DNA of 64,000 bases from contig KZ537966.1 in assembly GCA_000934665.2 (NCBI GenBank), positions 1-64,000 of the forward strand. Reading direction: 5' to 3'. The stretch's first letter is position 1. Each line of letters starts with the position of its first letter. Under the pieces are notes generated by a model that worked only from the letters and a program-made list of their open reading frames with translations, was not told the DNA's origin and ran no database searches. The translations under genes and the position numbers were made by a program. Positions 1 to 11,100 of this stretch are shown piece by piece. The DNA comes from Catajapyx aquilonaris (taxonomy: Eukaryota).

Positions 1-349
1 TTTTTGAACCCCCCCCCCCCCCCCTGGTTCGTACGCATGTAACGATGATGAGAAGCTCCGAGGTTATTATTTCCAGTTCCTACCAACAAAGGTAACAATA
101 CAACCACTGTTATTGACTTAGAAAAAATATTCCTACAATTGAAGATACACAGACACAAACATTTAGTCTATAATGCATGAAGGTACTGCATTTTCAAGTC
201 ATTTTTCTCATTGCTAAAAATATCCGAATAACCATGCCAACAATAGTGGCACAAGTCTAAAAAAAAATCTTAACAAAAAACCGCTACTTACCAATTTCTC
301 CCACACAAAAAAAAATCTCAACCCTCAGTATGAAACCTCATAGCCATGT

Positions 350-570
350 TTAACTTGAAACCTGGGGTCTCGTGAGCGTTTTAATGACACTTACTCGATT
401 AAAAAAAAAATCGTCGCGCATATTTGTTTCTCAAATATGAAAGAGTACATTTGAGGATTACAGGTGCGCGGTTTTTCATTTTGACAAAAGCTTGCTTAGG
501 GGTGGTGACATAAGTATACCCTGCAGGGAAGGTAGGGTCCTTTTAGGACCCCACGTTTCAAGTAAGTTAA
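350..570. mobile_element. piggyBac-like MITE (non-autonomous)
   Basis: TTAA at both ends. Imperfect terminal inverted repeats TTAACTTGAAACCTGGGGTC ... GACCCCACGTTTCAAGTAAGTTAA, with a subterminal palindrome GGGTCCT-TTT-AGGACCC. Confidence 0.55.
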
Positions 571-763
571 GGGTCTAGCACTCAATCAACTCCATATTAT
601 GTCATCAGGACCTGCTGTCCATTTATGGGCCCCTGTGTTTGGCGGCGGTTTTCTCCCAAATTGATAGTCAATAAACTTAATGCAAAGTGTCATTATAGAC
701 CTTGTTTAAATATGTGTAATATATGTGTGTGTATATGTGTTACGTACGTATATGTTCTTGTCT

Positions 764-1044
764 TCAATAAGCTGTGGGACCGGAAGTATGTGTTTTTACT
801 GTAACTGTGGGGACTGCTGTCCCCACAATTTCTCTTGCGGGGACATTTTGGGTCCCCCACATCTTCACACACCAGAACGTTACCGTTATAGTGGGGACAT
901 GTCCCCACAATTTCGATTTGCAGAGTTTCACAAACGTACATTTCTCTCAGCCTGGTTAGTTAGGATAGGGTAGGTTAGGTTAGGTTAGGTTAGTTTACAC
1001 TAGCTTCGAAAAGTTGAGTTTTCAACGTCCCCATAGCTTATTGA
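764..1044. mobile_element. Non-autonomous TIR element (MITE) with internal TGGGGAC/GTCCCCA hairpins and a (TTAGG)n tract
   Basis: TIRs TCAATAAGCTGTGGGAC (764-780) and GTCCCCATAGCTTATTGA (1027-1044). Internal palindromes at 806-827 and 891-908. No clear TSD. Confidence 0.6.
954..993 (+). repeat. Degenerate (TTAGG)n tract, about 8 units
   Basis: Sequence GGTTAGTTAGGATAGGGTAGGTTAGGTTAGGTTAGGTTAG. TTAGG is the common arthropod telomeric unit, here interstitial and inside a TIR element. Confidence 0.85.
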
Positions 1045-1334
1045 GCGCAAGTCTTGGTGTCTGTGTATATTACTGTACATATACAGTGTATATGTCTGTG
1101 CATATTACTTTATTTGCTGAACCATGTGCTCGGATCACAGGCAGTTCATTCTACTCCTAATAATGCATAAAGTTTTCAGACTCTTCCTTCAAATGTGCTG
1201 CACAATATTTTAAAGGCCCACTGTAACTGTAACAGATGCCATTACTAGGGTGTCTGTTTCAGATAATAATATTGTCCCTTACATTTGGCAGTTGGCACAC
1301 AATATTTTCTTCTCAAGTTTTACTGCGTCTACAG

Positions 1335-1458
1335 CTATGGTTCCCAACCAGGGGGCCTCAAAGCCTTTTCTCGGAGGGGGAGGGGGGGGGGGGNGGGGAG
1401 CAGGTTACTTGACTATCATAAAAGAGGGTCGCGACCCGAAAAAGGTTGGGAACCACTG
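1335..1458. mobile_element. hAT (Charlie-like) MITE
   Basis: TIRs CTATGGTTCCCAACC and GGTTGGGAACCACTG (reverse complement CAGTGGTTCCCAACC). The 8-bp flanks GTCTACAG and CTCTACAC match at 6/8 and resemble the NTCTAGAN target preference of Charlie-type hATs. Confidence 0.8.
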
Positions 1459-4400
1459 CTCTACACTATGCATGCGTTGTAAACAATTTTCACTCGTCTA
1501 TAAGTCCCTATAATTAATTTTCAGAGTAATAACTTGAAATTCAATTACTACAGGCCAACCGTTAGGCCATCACCTAGATTTTCCCTTACAAGTACTCTGA
1601 AGAAAAGGACAATATATTTTACAAAATAATAACAGCTATACTTATGTAATATCCGAAAAGAAGACCTGTTCAATTAATTTCATGTACTGTGTATACTGTA
1701 CTATTGTTATATCACCTTGGTCACACTCACCCACATGTATAATTATATGATAACCATTGTTTCATGAATCATATATGTAAACAAGGTTTTGGAATAAAAT
1801 GACAGAACCAGGTCAAATCAAGTCAGTTGAGTCTGATCACTCAAGGAGTAAGGTCCTCTCGAACCTTGCTCCAATAACAGTTGTTAACCCCTGACTTGAC
1901 AGCTGTCCCAGGTACAGTGTTAAATTGAACCGTGTGTTTAACTGTTGGACAGGGACATGGTAATTGAACATGGGCGTATGGGGTGTGTGTCTGTACCTGG
2001 CCAGCTCCTACTTGCGAGCGCCCCCGGTGTACATTGGGTGGACATTGTACAGTATGTGTATTGTATGTAGGCCTACATTGTGTGTGTATTGTATGTGTGT
2101 GGTGTATGTGTCTAGTGTGAGTGGTACAGTACCTACGTGCTTCCACCATCCCAAAGGGCTCATTGTCAGAATGAATGAGTATCATGACTGCCACAGTTGA
2201 ACACTTGTGACTTGGGAAAATTCTTGACAATATTGGACAGAAGGTAGCCTACACATGCTGTTGACCTAAACACACACTGCTCAAATGTCTTCCAAGTAAT
2301 GCATACACAAAATATGTTTTCGTACACGGCAAGAAATATCACTGAAAAGTACAATCTGCGTGTACATTATGCCAACCTGCTTGACATCAGTTCACTGCAG
2401 CATTGTGATATTCTCCAACCCCTATTCCCACCTCATATCCGTGGTGACATTGTTGCAGAACGGCCTGATATAACTCTAACACTGCCACTTCAACAACTGG
2501 ATTGTTATTAAGCAAGAATTACATCTGGATAGATAACTATACCAAGTTAATGGTTGAGCCAAGGTATAGCAAATTGAAACACTATAACTTCAAATAATAC
2601 TGTATGCAAGTACAGCACAACATCCATAAATAAACATTCGCTCGCTCTTTTCTAGGCCTGCGACCTGGGGTACCTATTCGGCGCACCTTATCACCGGGGG
2701 AGGGTGTAATGTTAGCCCTCCAGCAGACCTTTGAACGTCCCGATTAGTGAGAACATGTCCGGGTCTCACTTTTTGGAATGACAGACACAGGACAGACATG
2801 TCGGTGAGACTCTGTAAACAACTTCACAGTAGTGGCAACTGGGCAACAATACAGAGAAGGAAAGGACAGTTTCCCCGGCAACCCAACCGAGTTGTTTGCA
2901 CCCCATTGCCATGAGTAGAACACGGGCCAATGGGGAGGTGGCAGTAACAATATGTAGCGGACCAATCAGAGGGCTCGGTCAAACACCGCAAGGATTTCAA
3001 TATGACAGATTACTTGCTATTTCAAAATTCAATTACTCTTGAACCAAACATTTCCGCACACTAGGAATAGTGTTATTAGACTCAGCTCATCGAGTAGATT
3101 CAGAAAATATATAGAAACCTGCAAGACTTTTGCGGCACTAAACTGCACCCTTACCGATACCAAGAGCTAATATTAGCTCTTGCCGATATGAGTCTATATG
3201 AATTTTTTCATGAGTGCTATGTGTTCCTGTTATCATAAGCTAACGTGCACTTACACTGATTATTCTGTGTTGGGCAACTGGAAATACTTTTTTTATATTT
3301 TTTATTCACTTTACCCCGTGTTCGGGCCTTTCTTTGGCTCGTTTTGGGGGGCACAGCCACATAATTATGTATTACATACAAGTTCGGTATGTGTGCATTA
3401 ATGCTCATTTATATGTACAATCTTGATCACGTTTTGAAAAAAGGAGAACAATTTATGTACATCTGGTTTTTGGCAACTGGAAATACCTTGAAAGGTTTCT
3501 CCACCTTTATTTCATGTGGTAGTGTGCAATCATAATTCGCAATGTCGAAAAGGATGATCTGAAAATCTGGCTGGAAATTCAGGGTTTAAAAAAATTTGCA
3601 TTTGGGCACACTGGATAATTATGAGAAAACCATGTATTTTGATCCAAGAGGCACATGAAATTCTCAATACAACGGGGGATAAAATACGAGGAAAAATCAG
3701 CAACTGTGACATTCAATCTAAACAAGATGACAGTGTAAACACAACGCACTCCTTTCTAATAGAGAAAAACTTTGTCAGCGCAGCAGTTGTCAAAAAAAAA
3801 TAACAAAGCTGCCACACCTCGGCAATGGAACAATTGGTTAACGAGCAAGTGAACCATAATTCAGGAGTATCTCTTTTCCTTTGATTGCGTAATATGCAGG
3901 AAGCAACGTGGAAGGGACACACCTAATAAGTCTGAGGCTGCCCACAGTGTGTGGACTCTCTTTAAACTTCTCTCTCGCATTCTCTCGCAGCCAATTAAAA
4001 GGATTAGTAAAAATGAAGACAAGAGAAATTGGCTTGGCAGTGCAGCTATAGTGCCAAGGGGCCAAGTAATAACATGTACCCTCGAACGAATCAACAACCT
4101 CCAACAATACCCAAAAAGTGTAAACCACACATACAAAGAGATGGCAACCTACGACACAAATCTTTTTAAGACACAAGGAAAACTCTCTGGAATGACTCGA
4201 TTTTTAAAATGTACTCGTAAAAAACGTGGATAAGACCAAAAAAAACAACAAAAAACACAATTTACAACAGGATGAGTGAAAAACTACACAACACGTAGAG
4301 GTAGAGGGGAGGGGGGGAGGCGGGCGGTTAAAACCAAGCAGATGATACACAGAACCAGTTTTATGCAAGGAACAAACCCAACCCTGATTCCCTCTTTATC

Positions 4401-5170
4401 ACGGCCATATAATGTAATTATTATTATTATTTTTTGTTTAGATAGATGTCACAACTCTTGGCTTCCTGTATATCTACACACTAATTCTTCACCTATTTTA
4501 TCAAACAGTGTACGTAATTTAGGAAAAGTAATGAATCAAAGATTAAAGAATAAAATTTCCAAATACTCAACAGCTATATACAGTGTAGGGAGAGTGCAAT
4601 TATACAATTATTTACATAAATTAGATATTTGTAGTTGAGCACCAAGTAAACTCTCAGTTCGGGTGGCTTCATGCATTAGTTAATATTATAGTTATTTTAT
4701 TTTATTATTAGTATTATTAGTTATTATTTTTAATAAACACCACTACAACCCTAAAATCAAGCCACCCTCGTTATAACACTTTTTTTTTTTTTTACACACA
4801 TCAATCGGCCTACAAAATAACGAACAGGATGTTACATAAAGTATTTCGTAGAAGTATATAGTATTAGCCTCGCAACTGATTTTTTTTTCTTTTCCCATGT
4901 TGATTGCCTAACATCATGAATAAAACAACCTAGAGTCTATCAGTGGTTTATATACTCATGTCTTTTTTCTTTTTCTTTTAAATACTTTATGCTTGCGACG
5001 CGTAGGACTAGAGCGCTCCAGAACATTATGATGAAAAAGCTCTGCAATTTTCGATGACACCAGCGGGACTTGGTGGGGCCAACATAAATGCAGGTAAAAT
5101 TGGAGAGCTGCACGGGAACAAACATTTTTGCATAGTTTGCGTTACATCTTATCTTCTATGGTCTTTTTTT

Positions 5171-5232
5171 ATATACTGTGTGTGTGTGTGTATATATATA
5201 TATCTCTGTCTCTCTCTTTCTATATATATATA
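5171..5232. repeat. Compound microsatellite (TG)n(TA)n(TC)n(TA)n
   Basis: Directly visible in the sequence. Confidence 0.85.
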
Positions 5233-6218
5233 AATCTGTCTCCGAGGTGACATGTATTCACCGACACTGGCCTGATTGGCAATCAACCGAGGTAACGGAT
5301 GCGAATTGAATTTCTCTTCTTTCTTTTTTTTTAAAACTCCTTCAACGTTGGAAGCCCCCGAAACCTACATGCCGCACTCTTCTGTATTGCTTTAAAAAGT
5401 CCCGTGATGAGAGGGGGGGGGAAAAAATAGATATTTGACAACTTTGAGATACATGTGGCTGAGCTCTTCTATTGTAAGGGTACTCGTAAGAGATTTTTAA
5501 CTTTGTAAACAGGTTTACCACGGTCAACAAACACCCCTTCGTGCCCCAGGAAAAAAAAAAGTTAGTTCATTAATTATTGCTCACAGACCTGCAAAGGCAG
5601 GATCTAAAAGTTAACTGTACATGAGGCTACACATGTAGATGCTAAAATATAGAAGACTTGGGCTATTCACTGATGTGGCAAATCAACAGATTCACTATAT
5701 TATCTCGAGTACAAAAGGGTCATGCAAAAGACCGTGTGTCTCTAACAACAAGGAAGGAGGTGGAACAGACTACTTACGGCAAATGGGGGACTGCGGAGAG
5801 AAAAGGGGGGGAGAGGGAGGAAGGCAAAAGGGTTTTGAACGCTACCGAGAGAATTCCTAACCTAGACGACTATGTAAAAGGGACTGGTGAGTTTTTAAAT
5901 GGCAATGAAAAAGCAAAAACTGTAATTCCCTGAACAATGGAGATTTGAAACAACTACATTTTTGCACATTCACAATCTACCAAAATTATTGACCTGATTT
6001 TTCTCAAAATGTATTTTGTCGCATCACAGTGATTGCCAAGGGGCTGCATAAAAGCTGTCTTGTCGTGTAATCAGCAAATTAATAAAGGAAAGATCCTAAT
6101 TTAGAAGCGAGTGGTGAGACCAAGAAGCACTGGGCCAATCGATAAAAATTGTGCGTCAAAACTCATTTGAGGAATTGCTCAAACTCATTACATTATTTAT
6201 GAATGGACCACCGACCAA

Positions 6219-6248
6219 AGAAGAAGAAGAAGAAGAAGTAGAAGAGGA
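6219..6248. repeat. (AGA)n trinucleotide microsatellite
   Basis: Sequence agaagaagaagaagaagaagtagaagagga. Confidence 0.8.
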
Positions 6249-7710
6249 ATAACATGTACACGCCACATCTAATGTCCAACAGCTGAATGCGGTAATGCAC
6301 TCACTAATGTTATGGAAAGTACTGATGGTAGTGATGACAATGTCACAAAATCACCCTTCAAGGTGATCACGCAGCAAAGAGAGACAGCATAAGAGACCAA
6401 CACAATACATCACAGGAACATTGGTGAAAAAATAAAGTCGGGAAATGGGGGAGGGGCAGGACTTTGATTTTCTCAGCCAAAGAGTGTCGTGGACTAAAAA
6501 TTGTCTCAGGCGGCTTTACAATACGGCAGTGGTTAACTTTCATTTTTTTTTAAGTATGAAAAAACAGGCTTTTGCAGCCATGCCTAAAATACTCAATAGT
6601 GGAGGAGGGGGTGCTAAGGAAATAAATAGATTCAATAAATAAGTAACAGAGAAGGGGAGTGAAAGTGAGCAAATGTTACACTCTGTCCCATCGTAGGGAC
6701 ACGAAGTTGGGGGGGGGCACATAATAGTTGATAATGAGAGAAATACTTCCAACCGGTTTTCCCCTTGGGCAAATGCTTCCTGTTATCACGATAAAGCCTC
6801 TATTTCAACAGTTGCAAATGTATCACAGACGCGCAAAATAATATTACTTCCAGGCCTTTTTTTTTTGTTAGTTTCCTCCGTAATAAAAAGTCAACAACAA
6901 CAAGTCAGTACCACTTGCCCAAAGGGATTGGGGTTGAGGCAGAAATGTTTCAATGACATTCGTGCAGGCAATAAGAGAACCGAGATCTTCACAAATAAAA
7001 ACTTGAAAATCGTGGGGTATCCCCAGCAAGGTACGGTTACTCCACTAGAGTCAACGCTTGAGTCGTCTCTAACAAACAATCTCGCAGCAAGATATTCACT
7101 CGAAGGACATTAAAGATTTGTTTAAAACGAGGCAAAAAACACTCCAAGATGAGAGACTAGGAAAAAGACGAGGTGAAATATTCCTCACTCGTTAATTGTT
7201 TAATATTTTGGTGTGGGTTTTGTTGGTTTTTTTTTTTCCGTTAATGATTCTCAACGCCTATTAAGTTTATGTTTACGAGACACCGAGAATGCCTTTTTAC
7301 GGTATAGTTAGCTTGTTGTAATTCTCTCTATTTAGTTCAACAAGAGGCGAAAAAAGAACAACATTTGGAAGAAAAACAGAATTTAGACAGCACCAAAATT
7401 TGATCTCCCACTCCCCCCTCCCCTCCCGACCCCCTTTACTAGTCCTTCCTCTGCCCCCACCTCCCCACTAAACATTCATATTCTTGTCGGCAAAGAAAAA
7501 TATTCGGCTCCATAACACATAAATAGGATCCACAGCTATTACTTCCACCTAGTTGGAAACTACTACCCACTAATAAGATGCCATTTCCACCTATAGAAAA
7601 ATTCCTTAAAGCAAAAATAGGTGCAAAAATTCTTTTACACTGTTTGGACACAAACTCTTCAAAATGTCTCCCAACTAACAACAAACCTGAGCTGGAAACA
7701 TAGTGACTCG

Positions 7711-7782
7711 TTATATATATATAGTATATAGATACATATATCTCTATATATATTATATGTATATCTATATGTATGTATATAT
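7711..7782. repeat. Degenerate (TA)n low-complexity tract
   Basis: Directly visible in the sequence. Confidence 0.8.
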
Positions 7783-8126
7783 TTACAGAACAAAGCTAAA
7801 AGCTTCTGATACACACAAACCAGAATAACGACGTTTAAAAAAATTGGGGGGAAGGGGGAAAAAAAAACAACATCCGAGGGCCTGCCTCACTAGAAGTGAA
7901 AACAAATTCTCTTCGTCATCAAGACATTAAAAAGAATTGGGAAAAAAACTACTCATCTTCCCAAGTCCCATTCGATAGACACCTCTTCTCCTTTCCGCCA
8001 CCGCATTTTTCTTTTTTGGTTTTGGTTTTTTTTTCTTCTAATACGCATTTTTTTGTGTTTTGGTGTTTTCTTCTTTTTTTTGCACAGGATTAAAACCAAT
8101 GTTGAAGCAACAGAACATCACAACTA

Positions 8127-8190
8127 TCACTCTCTGTGCACTTCATCTAATTTTGCACCGCTGCCCTTCGCCTCTGATTTGCCAATGGAG
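8127..8190 (-). CDS. Camta: Probable CAMTA terminal coding exon (R)SIGKSEAKGSGAKLDEVHRE*
   Basis: A 61-nt GT-AG intron (gtgagt...catttcag) matches the size class of the neighbouring mini-introns. The frame stays open to TGA at 8127-8129. No homology support is available to me. Confidence 0.55.
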
Positions 8191-11100
8191 CTGAAATGTA
8201 CAAGCAACACGTTAGCCGTCAAATTCAACGAGAAGCCGCATTAAAACTCACCGTGATTTATTTGGGTCCGGGCAGATTGAACTGCTGTCCTGAGAGGGCA
8301 ACCTTTGCAGGACATCCGACATGGATGGTGACTGGCCCGGTTGCTTCTCTCTTTCGGCAGCCAGCGCACGCTCTCTCTGCAATCTGCGGACAGGTTTCAC
8401 GGTAAGTGTCAGGTAACAGTCGTAGCTATATCCCATCAAACCATCCCCCCAAACTTGCAGAAACAGTGCAACACATTTGTGGACAAAAGCGAGGAGGGGC
8501 AGGAAGGGTCGGGTGTACAGCTTTGTCATGCTGAAGCGCTTTCAGATGGGGAGGGAACGGTTCTCCTCTTCAGTTTGTTGACGGGTCACGATCCCAGGCA
8601 GCACATGTTTAGCCACATTCCAATCCCGCTATCCCAGTCATACTTTTCCAGTGCTCCGTACTCGCTTGTATCTAGTCTGATTAATAATAACGCATTAGCC
8701 GGCACTTGTGCTACCTGAGATGGGCTTTGCTTACACTGCTCACACAGCATGTAAGTGGAACCAGCATCATGTCACTTGCATCGTCCGATGTCTGCCCGTC
8801 GATTTGTAAACAGTTTAACATTCTTCTTTGGCACCAGGAAGAAGAGGACCTCTGATCAAGTCCTGGACCCAACAATGCAAGTACATTATGCGCAACACTT
8901 CTCTCTCTCTCTTTTTTTTTTTTGTCTGCCTTGGTCTAGGACCCAACCTTGTCCAACAAATTCGCAGTATTGTTGTTCTTAGGCAGACAAACGCACCAAG
9001 TCTAGACTCAGTACTATTGAACTACAGAGCCTTGTAAAAAAAATTCTTGGAAAAATAGCCTGGACAAAGAGGAAGCTGATGTGAAGAGTCAAGGTTGCAA
9101 ACATGCTGTCTTAACCAAAGAAGGAAGAAAAATAGAAATGGGAGAGAAACAAATTGAGAAGGAAGAGGCAAGCGCTGATGCAGTGAAAGGGGAATTCAAT
9201 TAAATGAAGCAAGCATCATTCTTTCTCTTGATGCCTAATCTAAATTCTGTTTTGGCCCCTATAAACAGGATGTGCCACTCGTATGGTCGAGATTTTTGTT
9301 TCAGGTGGCACTTTCCAAATGTCTGAAAATACTATGAGAAGGTCGCAAGCTATCTGCAACTGAAAAGCAGTAAAATTGAAGCTGTCTTGGCATAATCTAG
9401 AGAAAAAGGGTCGACATCTTTGGCCGGCTTAGAGTAGATGGCATTCCAAAGAATCAAGGGGAAAAAAAAGTAATGACAAGAGACTTCTAAAGATGAATAG
9501 GCAGGTATATAACAAATGATATGTGGAGCGATAGAGGATGAGCTTTACCATTGATACACATAGAGGTTATACGACGGGACGGCTAAGCTTCCCATGGAGG
9601 TCCTGATCTTCCTGGTTACAAGGTTACTATAGTTTCCACAGCTTTCCCAGCCCTGGTGCTGGTCAGGGTAAGAAGGTAACAAAGAGCAACAGTCAAAATT
9701 CCATCCTAGTGTACACATAACTACAGAGCTTTTTTTTTTTTGTCAGAATAAAAAAAAAAATTGGAAGCAAGAAAAGCGACACCAAGTGACAACTGGAGCA
9801 CTCTGCTCCACACTCACCGTCTTTCCATGCATTAGTTCCCAAACACTGAGTCACGCACAAAAGGGAAGAGACATACCAACCCTTTCAGACCCAACTCATG
9901 TGTTAAAATATTATATCAACCAACACCTGTTTAGTTGTCCTATCCACAGATGTAGATAGTTTCACAAATAGCAGTAAGCGGTAAGAGCAAAACTCACTTG
10001 TTTTTGGACTGACGCATGAACTGCTGAATCTTCCTGGCTGCCTGGTGTTGGCGTCGCTGTGAATACGACCTCCTGAAAGTGAGGGTGCAGATGCTCAGTG
10101 AAGACTCGGTTGCAACTGTATGTAAATAAATGATTGTGAACCAACTTGAGAGATGAGCTGGTGGGCGTCCCCTCTCGACTCTGCCTGAGCCTGTCCGACT
10201 CCTTCCGATAGTATGAGGAGAGGCAAACGTTGGTCTCCTGGCTCTTCTTAAAGCGCTTGTTCTCGCAGTAGCTCCGGAACTGATTCTGGATGACCAGAGC
10301 AGCACGAGTCATTTGCTTAAAGTAGGCATATTGCTTGTACCGTCGGTAGTAATTCTGAATGATGACAGCAGCGGTTCTCTCCTTATCCTGCTCTACCATT
10401 TCGGCCTTGCTCTTGCGACCCTTGTACGAGCGGTAAGCCTTCTGGATGATCTTGGCAGCCTCATACAGCTCTCTTTGCTCTCGATCTGTCAACGGAGACC
10501 AGGCAGTCGTCCCATCCTCTGCCTTTCCTTTATATCCAATGGCCCAATGTGCAAGACATTGCATACCTGATAGGGTCAGGTTGGAAAAGTCTTTCTCAAA
10601 CACACTTCCTGAGGCCTGGAAGAACTCGCAGAAATCAGCAGTGGTCGGCGGCGGGGAGGGAGAGTCCAGAGTGAAGGAACAAGGGCTCTGTAGGCAACTC
10701 GAGGACGCAGGGCTCAGGCTTGAGCTCGGAGTGCCCACATCATAATACCTGATGAAAAACACAAAAACAGTTAACCGACTTCTCCAAAATGTGAAATCCG
10801 AAAAGATCTACCTGTAATTATGATCGCTGAATTCGAAGTTGAACTCAGTGGGCTCCAAACCAGTTGAATCTTCAAGCATGGGTTCACTGACTTCACACAC
10901 AGCATCGGACACACTGACAAATTCAGGCTGGGGGCTGTTCTCATGGACCATAACATCTTCGCTCTCATTCTGAAGGAGAACGAGCAGTGCGTTACATGTC
11001 TTGTGAGGGCACAGAACAAAGACAATCACTGCACCTTGATCCTGTCAGGCATGGCTGCTATGATCTGTTCAGCCAGGGTTAGGACCCGAACATCCTGTTC

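Larger units (their letters stand above)
4680..8126 (-). other. Putative long 3' UTR of CAMTA, with tandem AATAAA at 4696-4706 on the minus strand
   Basis: Non-coding and U-rich on the minus strand, with microsatellites. The first canonical AATAAA pair I found downstream of the stop is at 4696-4706. An ATTAAA lies near 7200 and further AATAAA near 3506 and 3301. The true end is uncertain. Confidence 0.4.

Noticed and set aside
954..993. TTAGG tract as a true telomere or chromosome-fusion site
   Set aside because: It is only ~40 bp, degenerate, and enclosed by inverted repeats of a small element.
3273..3487. 15-bp direct repeat GGCAACTGGAAATAC about 200 bp apart
   Set aside because: There are only two copies and no array or element boundaries. 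Probably a decayed repeat, and not CRISPR-like.
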